A stretch of 64,000 bases of DNA from a virus (IMGVR_UViG_2740892469_000001:16971-80970); one strand, 5' to 3'. Positions 9,843 to 21,273 are shown, numbered from the stretch's first letter. The notes: generated by a model not told the origin, from the sequence alone. Program-made: numbers and translations.

Positions 9843-11083
9843 TATTCAGCCTCCTTTGGTGCGATAAGAACAGAACGGTGGCCGTTGTGAGCAGGTTTAG
9901 AAACCACACCACATGCTTCGAGTTGTTCCATAATTCGAGCAGCACGGTTATAGCCAATCTTGAACTTACGCTGCAGGTTAGAAACCGACGCTCGGCGCGT
10001 CTCTGCTACATGGTCACTAGCTTGCGTAAGTAGAGAATCAAGAGCATCGTCGTCGGTGGCGTTTTCAATAACAAGCATCAGCTTTTCAGCGATCTTATGG
10101 CTAAAGGTGAGCGTGTCTGGCAGTGCTTCTGTGTTTGGTTCGGCGTTTTCATCTTTGGTGTAAAGGTGCTCTTCACCTTCAAAACCACCCAGTTCGGTAT
10201 AAAGACTTTTCAAGAACTCGAAAACATTGCCTGCAGCCAAACAAAAATCCGCATCCAAACGCGCAAGCACATCTTCGCGTGGAATGTCGTCGTTTTGGTC
10301 TTGAAGTTGGTCTGAGAACTTGAGGCTTTTAATCGTGCCGCTATCGGCCAGTGTGAATTCAATGCGTTCTTGCCAATCCATCTTTAATGAAGTGACCACC
10401 TTGTTGGCCTCAATGCAGGCTTTGATTTCATCTGAGCCAATTTCCTGCTTCTTGAATTGAGCGCTACCGCCATCTTCAACCACAGACGTCAACTTAATAT
10501 CGTGCTGCAGAGTGAAACCAGAAGGCACCGCGCCTTCCTTAACCCACTCAGTCATGGTGTTTTCAATCGCCTTAACAGGGACCGCAGGAATCACTGGCAG
10601 GCCACCAATGGTTTTACGAAGTAGGGCAAGTACATCTTCTGCCGCTTTAAATGACGATGCGTCCACAACCACCAAGTTCGACTTGGTATTAATGAATACC
10701 GAGAAATAGGTGTACTGGCTAAACGCTCGCGGCAATAGCTCAATCATGAGGTCGTCTTTCAATGCGTCTTTTTCTTTCTTGCGCATTGGTCGACCTTCTG
10801 CCTTTTCGAATGCCTCAACTTTCTCGTTCATGGATTCTTTAATAACAGCAGCAGGAATGTTCTTTACTTCCTTTTTCGCCGCGATGAGCGCGTATTGGTC
10901 TGCGATGTGCACAAAATTTTCGGTGTTCTTGCCAAGCGCAGGAGTCCAGCCAAACTTTTGCTTATCGGTTTCACCGCATGGTGTGTACGCGAACTCTTTC
11001 ATCTGCTCTTCAAGCTTTTCGAGGTCAAAGCTAAAGCCAAGTTTATGGCGGTAGACCATCGCGTTTTTAGGGAAAATACTCAT
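9842..11083 (-). CDS. rdgC: RdgC with C-terminal FtsK-gamma domain (mirror copy)
   Basis: Mirror of 35948-37189. Confidence 0.9.
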   Translation of the reverse strand: MSIFPKNAMVYRHKLGFSFDLEKLEEQMKEFAYTPCGETDKQKFGWTPALGKNTENFVHIADQYALIAAKKEVKNIPAAVIKESMNEKVEAFEKAEGRPMRKKEKDALKDDLMIELLPRAFSQYTYFSVFINTKSNLVVVDASSFKAAEDVLALLRKTIGGLPVIPAVPVKAIENTMTEWVKEGAVPSGFTLQHDIKLTSVVEDGGSAQFKKQEIGSDEIKACIEANKVVTSLKMDWQERIEFTLADSGTIKSLKFSDQLQDQNDDIPREDVLARLDADFCLAAGNVFEFLKSLYTELGGFEGEEHLYTKDENAEPNTEALPDTLTFSHKIAEKLMLVIENATDDDALDSLLTQASDHVAETRRASVSNLQRKFKIGYNRAARIMEQLEACGVVSKPAHNGHRSVLIAPKEAE

Positions 11084-11092
11084 AGCTAACTC

Positions 11093-11272
11093 TTAATGTT
11101 TAATAGGTTCAATTTTGACGCCGCTGCCGTTTGGGACCACGGACACATCCTGTTTATTTTTATGAATCCAGCGTTCGTGCTCGCAGTGATAGCCTTGTTT
11201 TTCTAGGTAAGACTCCGCTTGAAAAAAGCTTTCAAAAGTAAACGGGTTTTGCGTTAGGTCAGTGGTCTCCAT
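11093..11272 (-). CDS. Hypothetical protein, 59 aa (mirror copy)
   Basis: Mirror of 35759-35938. Confidence 0.65.
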   Translation of the reverse strand: METTDLTQNPFTFESFFQAESYLEKQGYHCEHERWIHKNKQDVSVVPNGSGVKIEPIKH

Positions 11273-11285
11273 GGTGGCTCCTTAA

Positions 11286-11807
11286 TTAATCGACTTTATC
11301 CTTCGATTGCTTGGCAATTGAAAATTCGTGGGCTGTAATTTCATCCACGTTTTGGGTGATGCTTAATGAAGTGGAAATGTAGACATCTCCGTCAAAGGCG
11401 AACCACTCAATGCCAGTGAATACAACATCACTCCAAGAGATACCGAGAGTTTGATAAAGGTCATCCAAAGAAACTTCTGAGCAGACAGGCTTTAGCTCTT
11501 TAAACTTCGCTTTCAATTGACGAAGTTCAGCCATGCTTTCCTTGCCTTGAACTCTTGCCTTGATGTGGCTTGTATTACCCAGTGCTGGCTTTGGTCTCGT
11601 CCAGAGCGAACCGTCAGGTCGAGTGCCGTAATTGTTTAACATTAGGTTTGCGAATTTGTGGCCATTAACGCTGTAAGAAAAAACTGGCTTAGCATCAAAG
11701 TTGTTTGCAAACTCAGTAAACTCTGCCTTTAGCGTGTTGGTCTTATTTCGATAGTCAGTCCATGCGGCATAGACATCTGCATGATTTGATTTATAAAACT
11801 TCTTCAT
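11286..11807 (-). CDS. Eac-like phage protein (mirror copy)
   Basis: Mirror of 35224-35745. Confidence 0.7.
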   Translation of the reverse strand: MKKFYKSNHADVYAAWTDYRNKTNTLKAEFTEFANNFDAKPVFSYSVNGHKFANLMLNNYGTRPDGSLWTRPKPALGNTSHIKARVQGKESMAELRQLKAKFKELKPVCSEVSLDDLYQTLGISWSDVVFTGIEWFAFDGDVYISTSLSITQNVDEITAHEFSIAKQSKDKVD

Positions 11808-11816
11808 TGGTATCTC

Positions 11817-12452
11817 CTAGCTAATTTGGTCTGATGCTGTGCACATTTGCCTTTTCGTTTCAGACTGAGCAGCAAGGATGATGTGTTTTACATCCGTGAT
11901 TTCCAGACCAGCGTCTTCAATCATGTTTTCGATAGCCGGTGATAGTTCACCAGTAGAGGATTCTTTGTGCGGATTAAGGCGTTCGATCTCTTTCATGGTT
12001 TGCTCGAGCATTTTGCCTGCAACCATGATTGCCTTGTCCCTTGTTGGAGCTAATTCGAAAGATAGGTGGGCGAAAGTTATGGAGTCGTAAACTTCTTGGA
12101 AGAACTCACAGTGACGAGGGGCAAGTTCGGTAAGATCACCAAGCTTGGATGTATTAAAAACCAACGTGTTTGTTTGGCCCTCATTGCGCATAAGAACCAT
12201 GGCGATAAATATGATGGCGTCCAGCACGTTGCCTTCGCCAAGGTTTTTAATGGCCTGTTCTTTCAAGAACTCAATGGAGCAAACTTCAGGATTCCACCAA
12301 CCACGCTTACCATTAGCGCGAGCTTCGCGCATTCTGACTGATATCGCTGAGCTGATGGCATTGATGAAGTAAAAGTCAGCAGACTCTTCCGTTAGTATTC
12401 CGTCCTGGTGGCATCCATTGATGTTTTGCATTGCAATTTTTATGTCTCTCAT
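11817..12452 (-). CDS. Hypothetical phage protein, 211 aa (mirror copy)
   Basis: Mirror of 34579-35214. Confidence 0.75.
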   Translation of the reverse strand: MRDIKIAMQNINGCHQDGILTEESADFYFINAISSAISVRMREARANGKRGWWNPEVCSIEFLKEQAIKNLGEGNVLDAIIFIAMVLMRNEGQTNTLVFNTSKLGDLTELAPRHCEFFQEVYDSITFAHLSFELAPTRDKAIMVAGKMLEQTMKEIERLNPHKESSTGELSPAIENMIEDAGLEITDVKHIILAAQSETKRQMCTASDQIS

Positions 12453-12482
12453 CGTTCTATCTCCTGGCTAATTTGGTCTGAG

Positions 12483-13112
12483 CTAAAGCAGCTCGTTTAC
12501 GTTGAATCGTTCCATGTGCTTAATCACGGGGATGTAATCCGCATGCACCTCTTGCAGGTGGCGCTTGGCTGCGTTGTAAGCCCCTAAAGCACCCATCTTT
12601 TTAATGCTGAACAGCTTGGTCTTTTTGCCGCATCCTTTACCGGAATGGTCGGCCCAAATCGCGGCGTAGTAAGGGAACACCACTTTGCTTCCGTTCTTGT
12701 ACACTTTCACTTTGTCGATTTGCTTAGGCTCTAACGAATGCGGCATGCGCTCGAAAAAGCCAGGTTCACTGAGAACGCGATCCCAAAACTTACCCCATGC
12801 CTTCTTGCCAATGTTGTCACGCTCTTTAAGTGCTTTGCGCATGGCCTTATCGCGACCCTTGGAAGTGGTAAAGCTGCGCTCATACAGCGAGTCGTCAGGC
12901 AGGTGGATATGAACGCGAACGCGATGCTCTTCGTGAGAGATAAACTTGCAGTTCAGTTCCTTAAAATGCTCAAGAATGAGCGCTTCCATATATGGTGGAA
13001 TAGACATTTCACTCAGAGAGCGAGCAAGCATCTGATTTCTTAATGCTCCGTAGCGTAATGGCTCGCCTTCACTTAATTGGCGCTTTACTTCTTTAATACT
13101 CAAATTGATCAT
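12483..13112 (-). CDS. AP2-like DNA-binding protein (mirror copy)
   Basis: Mirror of 33919-34548. Confidence 0.65.
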   Translation of the reverse strand: MINLSIKEVKRQLSEGEPLRYGALRNQMLARSLSEMSIPPYMEALILEHFKELNCKFISHEEHRVRVHIHLPDDSLYERSFTTSKGRDKAMRKALKERDNIGKKAWGKFWDRVLSEPGFFERMPHSLEPKQIDKVKVYKNGSKVVFPYYAAIWADHSGKGCGKKTKLFSIKKMGALGAYNAAKRHLQEVHADYIPVIKHMERFNVNELL

Positions 13113-13420
13113 GCTATCTCCTGGCGTAAATAATCTTGTGCTGGGTAATGGGCGGCGTAGTTTCTTTTCCAGTTGCTGTAAACTTGCTCATCACCGTGTC
13201 GGTTTAATAAAGCCCAATTCGCTATCGCGGCAGGCTTATTATCAAAAGGGCCAACTTGGTACTTGCAGTTCGGGCAAAACAGGATGTGTTCCCCCGTTCC
13301 CTCGCTGCGGTCCCACTCAGGCAGCCACGTATGCTCGGGCGGCTGCTCGAAGTACCGATTGCACAGGCAGGTCGGCATTCCTTCTGGTAGCTTTTGCTCT
13401 GCGTCGGCATTCATGCACAT
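13109..13420 (-). CDS. Lar-like zinc-ribbon protein (mirror copy)
   Basis: Mirror of 33611-33922. Confidence 0.6.
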   Translation of the reverse strand: MCMNADAEQKLPEGMPTCLCNRYFEQPPEHTWLPEWDRSEGTGEHILFCPNCKYQVGPFDNKPAAIANWALLNRHGDEQVYSNWKRNYAAHYPAQDYLRQEIA

Positions 13421-14039
13421 GTTCAAGCCCCTTTTGATCAAACGTGCCTAATATGTCGAGCAAGCGCGTCCAGCGCTTCGCCCATGACTTTTCCCAAGCA
13501 GAGAGCTTCTTTCCTGATTTCTCTGCAATCACTGCCTGAGTCAGCAGCATCGTGCCGCCGTTAATGCGCTCGCGTTTTTGTTGGCAAGCCACCAAGGCCA
13601 AGTGCGCGATCAACTTTTTTGATTCTTTGCCGAGGTTCTTGGACTCTTGTTGGTAAAACTCATCCAACAGCGCAAGCAGCAGGGTTTTCGTTGGCATTTT
13701 TGCGCCTTCGCTGTAGCAGTAGCGCAGCCAATCAGATATATGCTCAGGGTTAGAATTCATATCGCGTAGCAACCTTGCATAAACAAAAGCTTTAGGAGGA
13801 AGTGGGCAAGGTGACTGCTTAAACTTTCGGCAAGCCAACGTGGTCACCACTGGCGCTTTTACACTGGCAATCTTGTTGCCGTTATCGTCGGTGATGTCGT
13901 AATGAGATTGGCGAGTAAAACGGCTATCACTGCATCCGCTATCGGCAAAGCCATCAAGCTGGCCACGAGTGCGTGGCACAACTAACATCGCTTCACGTAG
14001 CTCTTCTCGCAATCCCTCTTCGTTGAACTTAACGCGCAT
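13317..14039 (-). CDS. Q: Late antiterminator Q (mirror copy)
   Basis: Mirror of 32992-33714. Confidence 0.75.
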   Translation of the reverse strand: MRVKFNEEGLREELREAMLVVPRTRGQLDGFADSGCSDSRFTRQSHYDITDDNGNKIASVKAPVVTTLACRKFKQSPCPLPPKAFVYARLLRDMNSNPEHISDWLRYCYSEGAKMPTKTLLLALLDEFYQQESKNLGKESKKLIAHLALVACQQKRERINGGTMLLTQAVIAEKSGKKLSAWEKSWAKRWTRLLDILGTFDQKGLEHVHECRRRAKATRRNADLPVQSVLRAAARAYVAA

Positions 14040-14051
14040 AGTCACACCCCT

Positions 14052-14651
14052 TTACACAAACAAGGTGCTGTTTCGGAATGCTTTCACGGCAGAAGGCTCA
14101 ATGTTCGTTGCGCGACTAATGGCGCCTAGCTCAGCCATGAGAACGCCAATGCACTCAGCGATTTCGTTTGCGTAATTAAGAACTTCAACTGGGTCATCAT
14201 CGGGAGTAAAAGCACCATCCATTGCTGGGTTAGCTTTAACTAAGATGTCACCCCATTCTTTCGCCATCTGAGGAAGGTGCGAACGTGTTTCAGTGCCATT
14301 CGATAAGCTTTTTGATGCGGTCAATGCGACAAAATACGAACCTAGCATTCCGCAAAGCTCATTCTTTAATGGCTGACGGTACGCTTCAGGCAAGCTTGCA
14401 ATAAAAGGAAAAACCCAATTGATGTGAAGTTGATTTTCGCCATCGATATAGCGAACAAGACGACGAGATTGTGTTTTCTCCCACTTATCTTCATCTTTCA
14501 ATGGTCGTGTGAGTTCGCCAGCTTTAATAAGCTCAGGCAATACTTTGTTGCGAGTGAATTTCTCAACAGCGATGCCAGTTTCATCAATAAAGCTATTGAT
14601 ATGGTCCAAAACCACGGCTGACAATCTGTTGTCATTTTTTCGACGTTCCAT
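14052..14651 (-). CDS. CII/YdaT-like regulator (mirror copy)
   Basis: Mirror of 32380-32979. Confidence 0.55.
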   Translation of the reverse strand: MERRKNDNRLSAVVLDHINSFIDETGIAVEKFTRNKVLPELIKAGELTRPLKDEDKWEKTQSRRLVRYIDGENQLHINWVFPFIASLPEAYRQPLKNELCGMLGSYFVALTASKSLSNGTETRSHLPQMAKEWGDILVKANPAMDGAFTPDDDPVEVLNYANEIAECIGVLMAELGAISRATNIEPSAVKAFRNSTLFV

Positions 14652-14670
14652 TTTAAAAGCCTGCCAACTA

Positions 14671-14898
14671 TTATGTATTTATGACGAAATCGGGGAAGCG
14701 TTCTGGATAAATCAAGTGCTCAAGAGTTAAGCCATACTTCTTGTACCGTTCGAGAACCTGATAACACACTTCGCCTGACGTATTGGATATCCCCCTTTCT
14801 AAGCGGCTAAGTGTTGCGCCGCTAGAACCGCTTTCCAGAGCTAAAAAAGCTATGGAGATACCTTCGTATGCCCTGCATTTATGTAAAGGCGTTTTCAT
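14671..14898 (-). CDS. cro: Cro-like HTH repressor (mirror copy)
   Basis: Mirror of 32133-32360. Confidence 0.8.
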   Translation of the reverse strand: MKTPLHKCRAYEGISIAFLALESGSSGATLSRLERGISNTSGEVCYQVLERYKKYGLTLEHLIYPERFPDFVINT

Positions 14899-15039
14899 AT
14901 CCCCGATTTTATTCAAATATGAATAAAAAGCAAACCGGAGTTCTTTTATTCCGTGATGAATGTGCCAAATATGAAATGTAAGATAATTTTCATATATGAA
15001 ATATGGGCGTTTTTTGCTTACTGAATCACTGGTGGGAAA

Positions 15040-15735
15040 ATGGAACTGCACGAGATAATCAAAGCAGAGAGAAAAAAGCGATTTAGCCTTGATGAAGTTG
15101 TCGCCACTTTTAAAGAGTGGGGGATTGACTGCTCTCAGCCTACGCTATCCCGTGTAGAGCGAGGGGCGGTGCCGAGCTGGCCTATCGTTGATGGTTATTG
15201 CAAGTTATTTGGATGGTCTTTGAGTGAGTTGGAAAAAAGACTTCATAGGGAAATTCCAGAGACGAACCAAGACAGCATGCCTGCGCCAATCCGAAAGCGT
15301 TCTGTTAACCAAAACGCAGGGCGTGATATAGCGGTCTTATCTTGGGTTCAAGCAGGGAACTGGGGCGAAAGCCCGTGTATTGAGACGCACAACCAAGAAA
15401 CTAAGTTCATTCCTGGTAAATCACCGAAAAATGCTTATCTATTAAAAGTGAACGGTACCTCGATGGAAAATTGCGGAGGCAAAGATCACTTTCCAAACGG
15501 CAGTTTTATCCTGGTAAATCCCGATGTATCTGGAACAATTAAAGACTACGTGGGTAAGTTCGTTGTGGCCGTGGATGAATCAACACAAGAAGCCACCTTT
15601 AAACAACTGGTGGAAGATGGTGGTGCGAGGTATCTAAAACCGTTAAATCTTCAATACCCTGTGATAAAAGTTACTGAAACAACCCATATAAAGGGTGTAG
15701 TATGTAGAGTTATTGATGATCGCAAAGTCTCATAA
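15040..15735 (+). CDS. cB: CI/CB-type repressor, HTH plus S24 (mirror copy)
   Basis: Mirror of 31296-31991. Confidence 0.9.
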   Translation: MELHEIIKAERKKRFSLDEVVATFKEWGIDCSQPTLSRVERGAVPSWPIVDGYCKLFGWSLSELEKRLHREIPETNQDSMPAPIRKRSVNQNAGRDIAVLSWVQAGNWGESPCIETHNQETKFIPGKSPKNAYLLKVNGTSMENCGGKDHFPNGSFILVNPDVSGTIKDYVGKFVVAVDESTQEATFKQLVEDGGARYLKPLNLQYPVIKVTETTHIKGVVCRVIDDRKVS

Positions 15736-16096
15736 TCTACTAATATTCAATTTAGAATAAGTAAAATGATCAGCTGATCACTTGTTTATTCATGTATGAA
15801 TGGTTTACTATTGTGGCGATAGTTAAACAACGGCATGCATGGTGAATAAAGTGATTTTTGGAAAAAGAGAAAAGTTACAGCTTTGTTATGTTGTTGATTT
15901 AAAAGACAATTCAAGAATTACAGATACAAAAAAAGCCGGTTGTGGCGACCAGCTTTTTTCATGTGTTAGGCGGCTAGAACCAAACCAAACAACGCTATTT
16001 GTTGGTTTCAATTCTAGCGGCCTATTCGCGTCTATGCAATAGGAAATTTACTTCGGTAGATTCCATTGCAGTATCTGTCATAAAAATGATGGACCG

Positions 16097-19000
16097 ATGA
16101 TGGCTAATTACATACAACTAGAACTATATGAAGCTGAGGAAGCCCTCAGTCATATCTCTCCAGATTTACCCTACAAACGATGGTCTAAGATTGGCCGTGC
16201 GTTAGTGTCTGAATATGGCAATGATGCCAGAGACATTTTTGAACGCTGGTCAGCAACAGGCAACTCCTACGATAAGCGCGGCTTTAAGAGCTGGTGGAAG
16301 AACTTCCAACGTGTAAAGCGCACTAGCTTTGGCTCTTTCATTTACGAAGCAATGGAAGCAGGCTGGAAACCGAAGAAGAAAGATTATTCTGAAGAAGAAA
16401 GACAAAAGCTATTCGCTGACTACGAGAAGCGCAAAAAGGCCGCAGAACGTCGCCGTATTCAAGCCGAGCAAGAGCAGTGGAACGAACTAAAAAAGGAAGA
16501 AAAACTTTTCCTTGGATGGCCGGATAACTTCGCTCCTACGGGATACATGATCAAAAAGCAAATGGCTGACATTAGCCGTTTTGTTGACGTTCGCCTTGGT
16601 CGTGATAAATACAACAACCCTTGCTTGGTTTGGCCTATCTATGAAGAGCTATTTAACCAAGGCCGCTTCTGCGGCTTTGAGCGTATTTTAGATAATGCTT
16701 TCCAAGTTGGTGAGCGCACCATCAATAAACTATCAAGCGATAACGCTCGTACGGACCTTGGTTTTTGCACCTTTGGTGAGCTTCGGGACCATGGACCCAA
16801 ACGTGTTTTTGTGGTCGGTGGTTTTGCCGATGCCTACTCTGCGCACGTATCAACGGGTGAGGTAATCGTTACGCCAATCGGTGAAGGTAACATTCCTTTC
16901 ATCATTGAGCTGCTAAGAGAAAAGCATCCAGACATTCAGTTTATTGCAGCACCAGATAACGATAAAGCAGGCCGGGATGTCGTTCAAAGCAACAACTGTT
17001 TTTGGACACTACCGCAAACAGATGGCTTTGACTGGAGCGATACGTTTATCAACCTTGGATGGCAAGCCGTTCAAGAGCAGCTGCTAAACATTCGTGGCTT
17101 CGAAAAAGTTGAATCAAACACTCGCTACCTAACCGCATCTATTCGCGAAGGCTTGAACCTGATCGAATCTGATATGGGTACGGGTAAGTCAACAGTGGTT
17201 CAAAACTACATCAAACAAAACCCTGACAAAAAGACCTTAGTTATTTCTCACCGTGTTGCGTTGGCGAAATCACTAAAAGAAGGTCTGGCGAAAGAGAAAG
17301 TCTCGGTTGAATTTTATCAAGACCTCATCATTAAAGACCCTGTACCAGGAACCGATGCAAACATCGCGCTACGCAATGCGCACGTTCTGGTCTGTTCAGT
17401 AGATTCACTATGGCGCCTAGCTGGTTCAAATTGGGATGTGGTGTTTGTTGATGAGTTCGAGCAGAACCTAAGCCAATACTACGCAAAGACTATCCAACAC
17501 GGCGAACACTGCCTTAACTACCTGCAATTTGTTCTTAAGAACAGCGAAACCCAAATCCTAGCGGATGCACACTTGGGTAACTTAACGTTCGATTTTTGCC
17601 ACTTCATTGGCATGCACACTGGCGTGTATTTCCAAAATACATTCCAAGTGGCCAAGGGCAAAAAGATGTACGTCTACGAATCGAAAGATCACTTGCTAGA
17701 AGAAGTCATGCAGCAAATCATGGCTAAGGGTAAGCGCTACATCTACGCCAACTCGAAAGAGCAAGTAAAAGCGATTGGTACTGCCATCGAGCAAGAAAGA
17801 GAGCGCAAACACTACGATGGCGCAGTTTTGGTCGTACATGCGGATGTCACTGGTACTGAGGAAGTGAAAACAGCGCTAGAAGACATCAACGCTATCGTAC
17901 CTAACCTTGATGTGCTGATTGCATCGCCAACACTCGGTACCGGATTTGATATTAAGTCGAGCGCTCACCAGTTCGATAAGACGATCGGCTTTTTGTCTTC
18001 TCGCGTAGGTACGGCAGAGGAAGGCCACCAAGGTCTAAACCGAGCGCGTGATGTGAAAGAGTTTCACGTTTACCTAGATAACGCAGAGCGCAGCGAACCA
18101 ACCGACCCAACTTACATTCAAGACAAGTTGATCGAGCAAGTATCTGCCGAGACGATGAAGGTGCTAGATATTGACCCAACCACGGGCAACTACACCTCGC
18201 GCAACCCTGTTTATGAATGGCTATTCTGCCAAGTTAAGGCGAAGCAGAACCTATCTTCTAACCGCTACCGCGCTCGCTTTTTGGAGCTGGCTTCAAAGGG
18301 TGGCTATGAAATCATTGAAGTGGCCAAGCAAAAACTGGCAGCGGATTTTGGTGCAACCGTCCGCGAAGAAGCGAAAGAACGTAACAACCGTGTGACGCTA
18401 CGCGATATTGAGCAAGCGCCAGTGCATGTTGGTGACATGTTCACTACGGTAATGCGCAACGGTGAAGATTACACACCAACCGAGATCACCAAATCAAAAG
18501 TGAATTACGACCTACATTTGGATGCGGCCAACGATGAGCAATTGGATTGCTTGCTGCCGTTCGCCAAAGAGGTGTACGAGGAGTTCGCGAAAGATGGCGC
18601 GAACGCGAAGCATAACGACATCGACAACGCGCTAACGCTTCCTGAGTCAAAGCGTAACGCAATCATCACTGCGCTTACCTACAAGCAGAATAAATCTCGC
18701 TTTGTGGATGCGATTAAAAAGCTAGGATGGGTGAACGTATGCAAAGACACGGCCCACGCGCTAGACAGAAAAGACGTGAATCACGCCGAGAGCCGAGTGA
18801 GCTGGCGTCACCTTTCCATTAAACGTGGTCACTTGGTGAAGCTGCTGCAAGTGGCTGGCATTGATGAGCAGTTGAACTACAACGGCAAAGAGTGGACCGC
18901 AGACGATTTGCGACCTCATCTTTACGATTGGTTGCGCAAGAAATCCACGCAAGACCGCCTCTACAAGTACTCAGGTATCACCGTATCGGAAAAGACGCTA

Positions 19001-19726
19001 CAAGAGCCAGTGCAATGGTTTAACAACCACCTGCGCTCGTTTGGTGTGCCTATTGAATCACGCAAAAAGCGCATCAACAACCGCAAGGCCGTGAATGCGT
19101 ACTTTGTTCACTTGCCAGAATGGGAAGCGGTGAAAACGCTAGTAGCACTACGTACTCAAGGTATTGAAGAGAGCTTGCAAGATTCTGAATCGCTTGATGT
19201 GGATACCATCCAACGCCAAGTAGCAGCGTTTATCAATGACCTAAGCGAGACGGCATTCAAACCAGGTTACAAGGTGCGTTTCGACAAACTGGATGAGCAA
19301 TGTCGCCTAACGGGCCTAACGGACCTACGCGACGAAATGGCGGCGGCGTTCGCTCCATTCATACAGGAAATCGACGATCAGATTACGCCAAAATATGATC
19401 CACCTTCGCCACTGTTTATTAATAACAATACTGCGCAGGGTGGATCACAAAATTATGCCCAAGATACTAGTAACGACGGGCGTCCAGCGCATATAGAGGG
19501 GAGGGGGGAATGTCCTTCTATCGAGTTCCCAGAAACAGCCACCCACGCACTCAGCAAAGATCAGCGCAGCTTGGTGATTGAGGTTGCGAATATCGCGGTC
19601 CAACAGCACAAGCTTCGTCCGTTCGATGTAGCTATGACGATGCTGAGTTATGGTCTAGATAGCTTTATAGGCGACGCAGAGGCTTGGGCAGGCTCGGTTA
19701 AACAAGCAATATTGGAGTGTTTATAA
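16097..19726 (+). CDS. repA: RepA primase/helicase replication protein (mirror copy)
   Basis: Mirror of 27305-30934. Confidence 0.9.
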   Translation: MMANYIQLELYEAEEALSHISPDLPYKRWSKIGRALVSEYGNDARDIFERWSATGNSYDKRGFKSWWKNFQRVKRTSFGSFIYEAMEAGWKPKKKDYSEEERQKLFADYEKRKKAAERRRIQAEQEQWNELKKEEKLFLGWPDNFAPTGYMIKKQMADISRFVDVRLGRDKYNNPCLVWPIYEELFNQGRFCGFERILDNAFQVGERTINKLSSDNARTDLGFCTFGELRDHGPKRVFVVGGFADAYSAHVSTGEVIVTPIGEGNIPFIIELLREKHPDIQFIAAPDNDKAGRDVVQSNNCFWTLPQTDGFDWSDTFINLGWQAVQEQLLNIRGFEKVESNTRYLTASIREGLNLIESDMGTGKSTVVQNYIKQNPDKKTLVISHRVALAKSLKEGLAKEKVSVEFYQDLIIKDPVPGTDANIALRNAHVLVCSVDSLWRLAGSNWDVVFVDEFEQNLSQYYAKTIQHGEHCLNYLQFVLKNSETQILADAHLGNLTFDFCHFIGMHTGVYFQNTFQVAKGKKMYVYESKDHLLEEVMQQIMAKGKRYIYANSKEQVKAIGTAIEQERERKHYDGAVLVVHADVTGTEEVKTALEDINAIVPNLDVLIASPTLGTGFDIKSSAHQFDKTIGFLSSRVGTAEEGHQGLNRARDVKEFHVYLDNAERSEPTDPTYIQDKLIEQVSAETMKVLDIDPTTGNYTSRNPVYEWLFCQVKAKQNLSSNRYRARFLELASKGGYEIIEVAKQKLAADFGATVREEAKERNNRVTLRDIEQAPVHVGDMFTTVMRNGEDYTPTEITKSKVNYDLHLDAANDEQLDCLLPFAKEVYEEFAKDGANAKHNDIDNALTLPESKRNAIITALTYKQNKSRFVDAIKKLGWVNVCKDTAHALDRKDVNHAESRVSWRHLSIKRGHLVKLLQVAGIDEQLNYNGKEWTADDLRPHLYDWLRKKSTQDRLYKYSGITVSEKTLQEPVQWFNNHLRSFGVPIESRKKRINNRKAVNAYFVHLPEWEAVKTLVALRTQGIEESLQDSESLDVDTIQRQVAAFINDLSETAFKPGYKVRFDKLDEQCRLTGLTDLRDEMAAAFAPFIQEIDDQITPKYDPPSPLFINNNTAQGGSQNYAQDTSNDGRPAHIEGRGECPSIEFPETATHALSKDQRSLVIEVANIAVQQHKLRPFDVAMTMLSYGLDSFIGDAEAWAGSVKQAILECL

Positions 19727-20088
19727 TGGCTTACACATTCAGATACACGGAAGAAAATGGGTATAAAAAGGTCCACATCAGCAAAAAGGATCACAATGCT
19801 TTGTTTGTGTACCGCCAAATCAAGTGGAATTGTAAGTACGAATATCTGCTTAATGAGGAAACAGGCCACTTTGTGATGCTTCGCCTCGCGTCTTGGCCAG
19901 CAAAGGTATTGCTGACAGTTTGTTATCCGTTAATCGTTCTATTGAATGGCTTAGCGAACATAAAAGAAGTGAACAAAGAAGTTCGGGACCTTTTTTATCC
20001 AAAGGAAAACGGCTCTTTTACCGCTGATGACTGCTATAGAACCAGCAAAGATTGGGGCGCGATTATGAGTGCCATCAAGGCCAAATAA
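19726..20088 (+). CDS. Hypothetical protein (mirror copy)
   Basis: Mirror of 26943-27305. Confidence 0.7.
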   Translation: MAYTFRYTEENGYKKVHISKKDHNALFVYRQIKWNCKYEYLLNEETGHFVMLRLASWPAKVLLTVCYPLIVLLNGLANIKEVNKEVRDLFYPKENGSFTADDCYRTSKDWGAIMSAIKAK

Positions 20089-20109
20089 AGCGATTGATAG
20101 GAGCAAGTT

Positions 20110-20499
20110 ATGACTTGTATTCGACACCGATACCATTACGGCAGCATTCTTATCAACGAGCACAAAGCATTGGCTGGCGAGCACGTTACGGGCAACACCA
20201 TCCCAGCCAAGCGCAAGAACGGCGAGCTGGCCTACGAACCTTACGGTGGTGTATGCGATCATGCGTTTAAGGGAAAAATGCAAAAGGTTAAGTTGGTAAA
20301 CATCATCTCGTTCTTTTGGGACGACGATGGCATGACAGAGGAATACGCCATCCCACTAAATCATGTGGTGCTTGGCTTTTTCATGCAGGGTAAGTATTTC
20401 ATCGCTATCAAGGACGACAAGCCGATACATTGGGAAGAAGAAACCCCACGCACCAACTACCACACCAACAACGTTCATGGCATCCGTGGGCGCAGATAG
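20110..20499 (+). CDS. Hypothetical protein, 129 aa (mirror copy)
   Basis: Mirror of 26532-26921. Confidence 0.7.
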   Translation: MTCIRHRYHYGSILINEHKALAGEHVTGNTIPAKRKNGELAYEPYGGVCDHAFKGKMQKVKLVNIISFFWDDDGMTEEYAIPLNHVVLGFFMQGKYFIAIKDDKPIHWEEETPRTNYHTNNVHGIRGRR

Positions 20500-20528
20500 A
20501 AAAAAGGCTGGATAATTCCAGCCTTTCT

Positions 20529-20744
20529 TTATTTCGCTTCTTCACCCTTATTCGCTGCGATTGCATCCAGCATCTCTTGGTGGCGTTTTTGTTCCAGTTC
20601 CTCTTTCTCTCGCTTGCTTATCGACCACGAGATAATGACCGCCAGTAATGCCGTTCCGACGAACCCAGGCATACCCCAAAGAAAGCTGGCCACGCCAACC
20701 ACACCAACCATAAACACACCAAGAACAATTTTTAATAGAGCCAT
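20529..20744 (-). CDS. Small membrane protein (mirror copy)
   Basis: Mirror of 26287-26502. Confidence 0.7.
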   Translation of the reverse strand: MALLKIVLGVFMVGVVGVASFLWGMPGFVGTALLAVIISWSISKREKEELEQKRHQEMLDAIAANKGEEAK

Positions 20745-20879
20745 AGCCAAACCTTATTATGTTGCCAATCCAGTAATGGAAGCGGATTATGCAACAATAT
20801 AGCAAGCGAGGGTATGAACACTTGTGATTATACGCACATAAAAAAGCCGCCTAAGTGGCGGCTTTTCATAGAGGTCTGT

Positions 20880-21272
20880 TTATTTTTCGTTGTGCTTTTT
20901 AAGTGTTGAAACTATTAAGTCATCGCATACAAAGTCTGCAACATCTTCAATGTCCTCATTTGAGCCTGTTAGTTTATCGGAACTTTCAGCCAACCAACCT
21001 TCAATAACCACCTGTGACACCCACATTTCATTGTCACCCCAGACAATATCTCCGACTTTTGCGCCATCAAGATATCCATCATAGTCCGCTGCTTGTTGTT
21101 CTATAGTTTCCTGATCTAGCTCTGCAAAATCATTAATACGAGTACATTTTTCTTTTGCAAGGAGTTCTATGGCTTCATTCATTGACTTGAAACGTAGGTT
21201 ATTGAAATACGTTGATTCATTAACCAAGTTTTCAATGGCTTGTCGTACTTCCTGTAATGTAACTTCGATCAT
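20880..21272 (-). CDS. Hypothetical acidic protein, 130 aa (mirror copy)
   Basis: Mirror of 25759-26151. Confidence 0.75.
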   Translation of the reverse strand: MIEVTLQEVRQAIENLVNESTYFNNLRFKSMNEAIELLAKEKCTRINDFAELDQETIEQQAADYDGYLDGAKVGDIVWGDNEMWVSQVVIEGWLAESSDKLTGSNEDIEDVADFVCDDLIVSTLKKHNEK

Positions 21273-21273
21273 A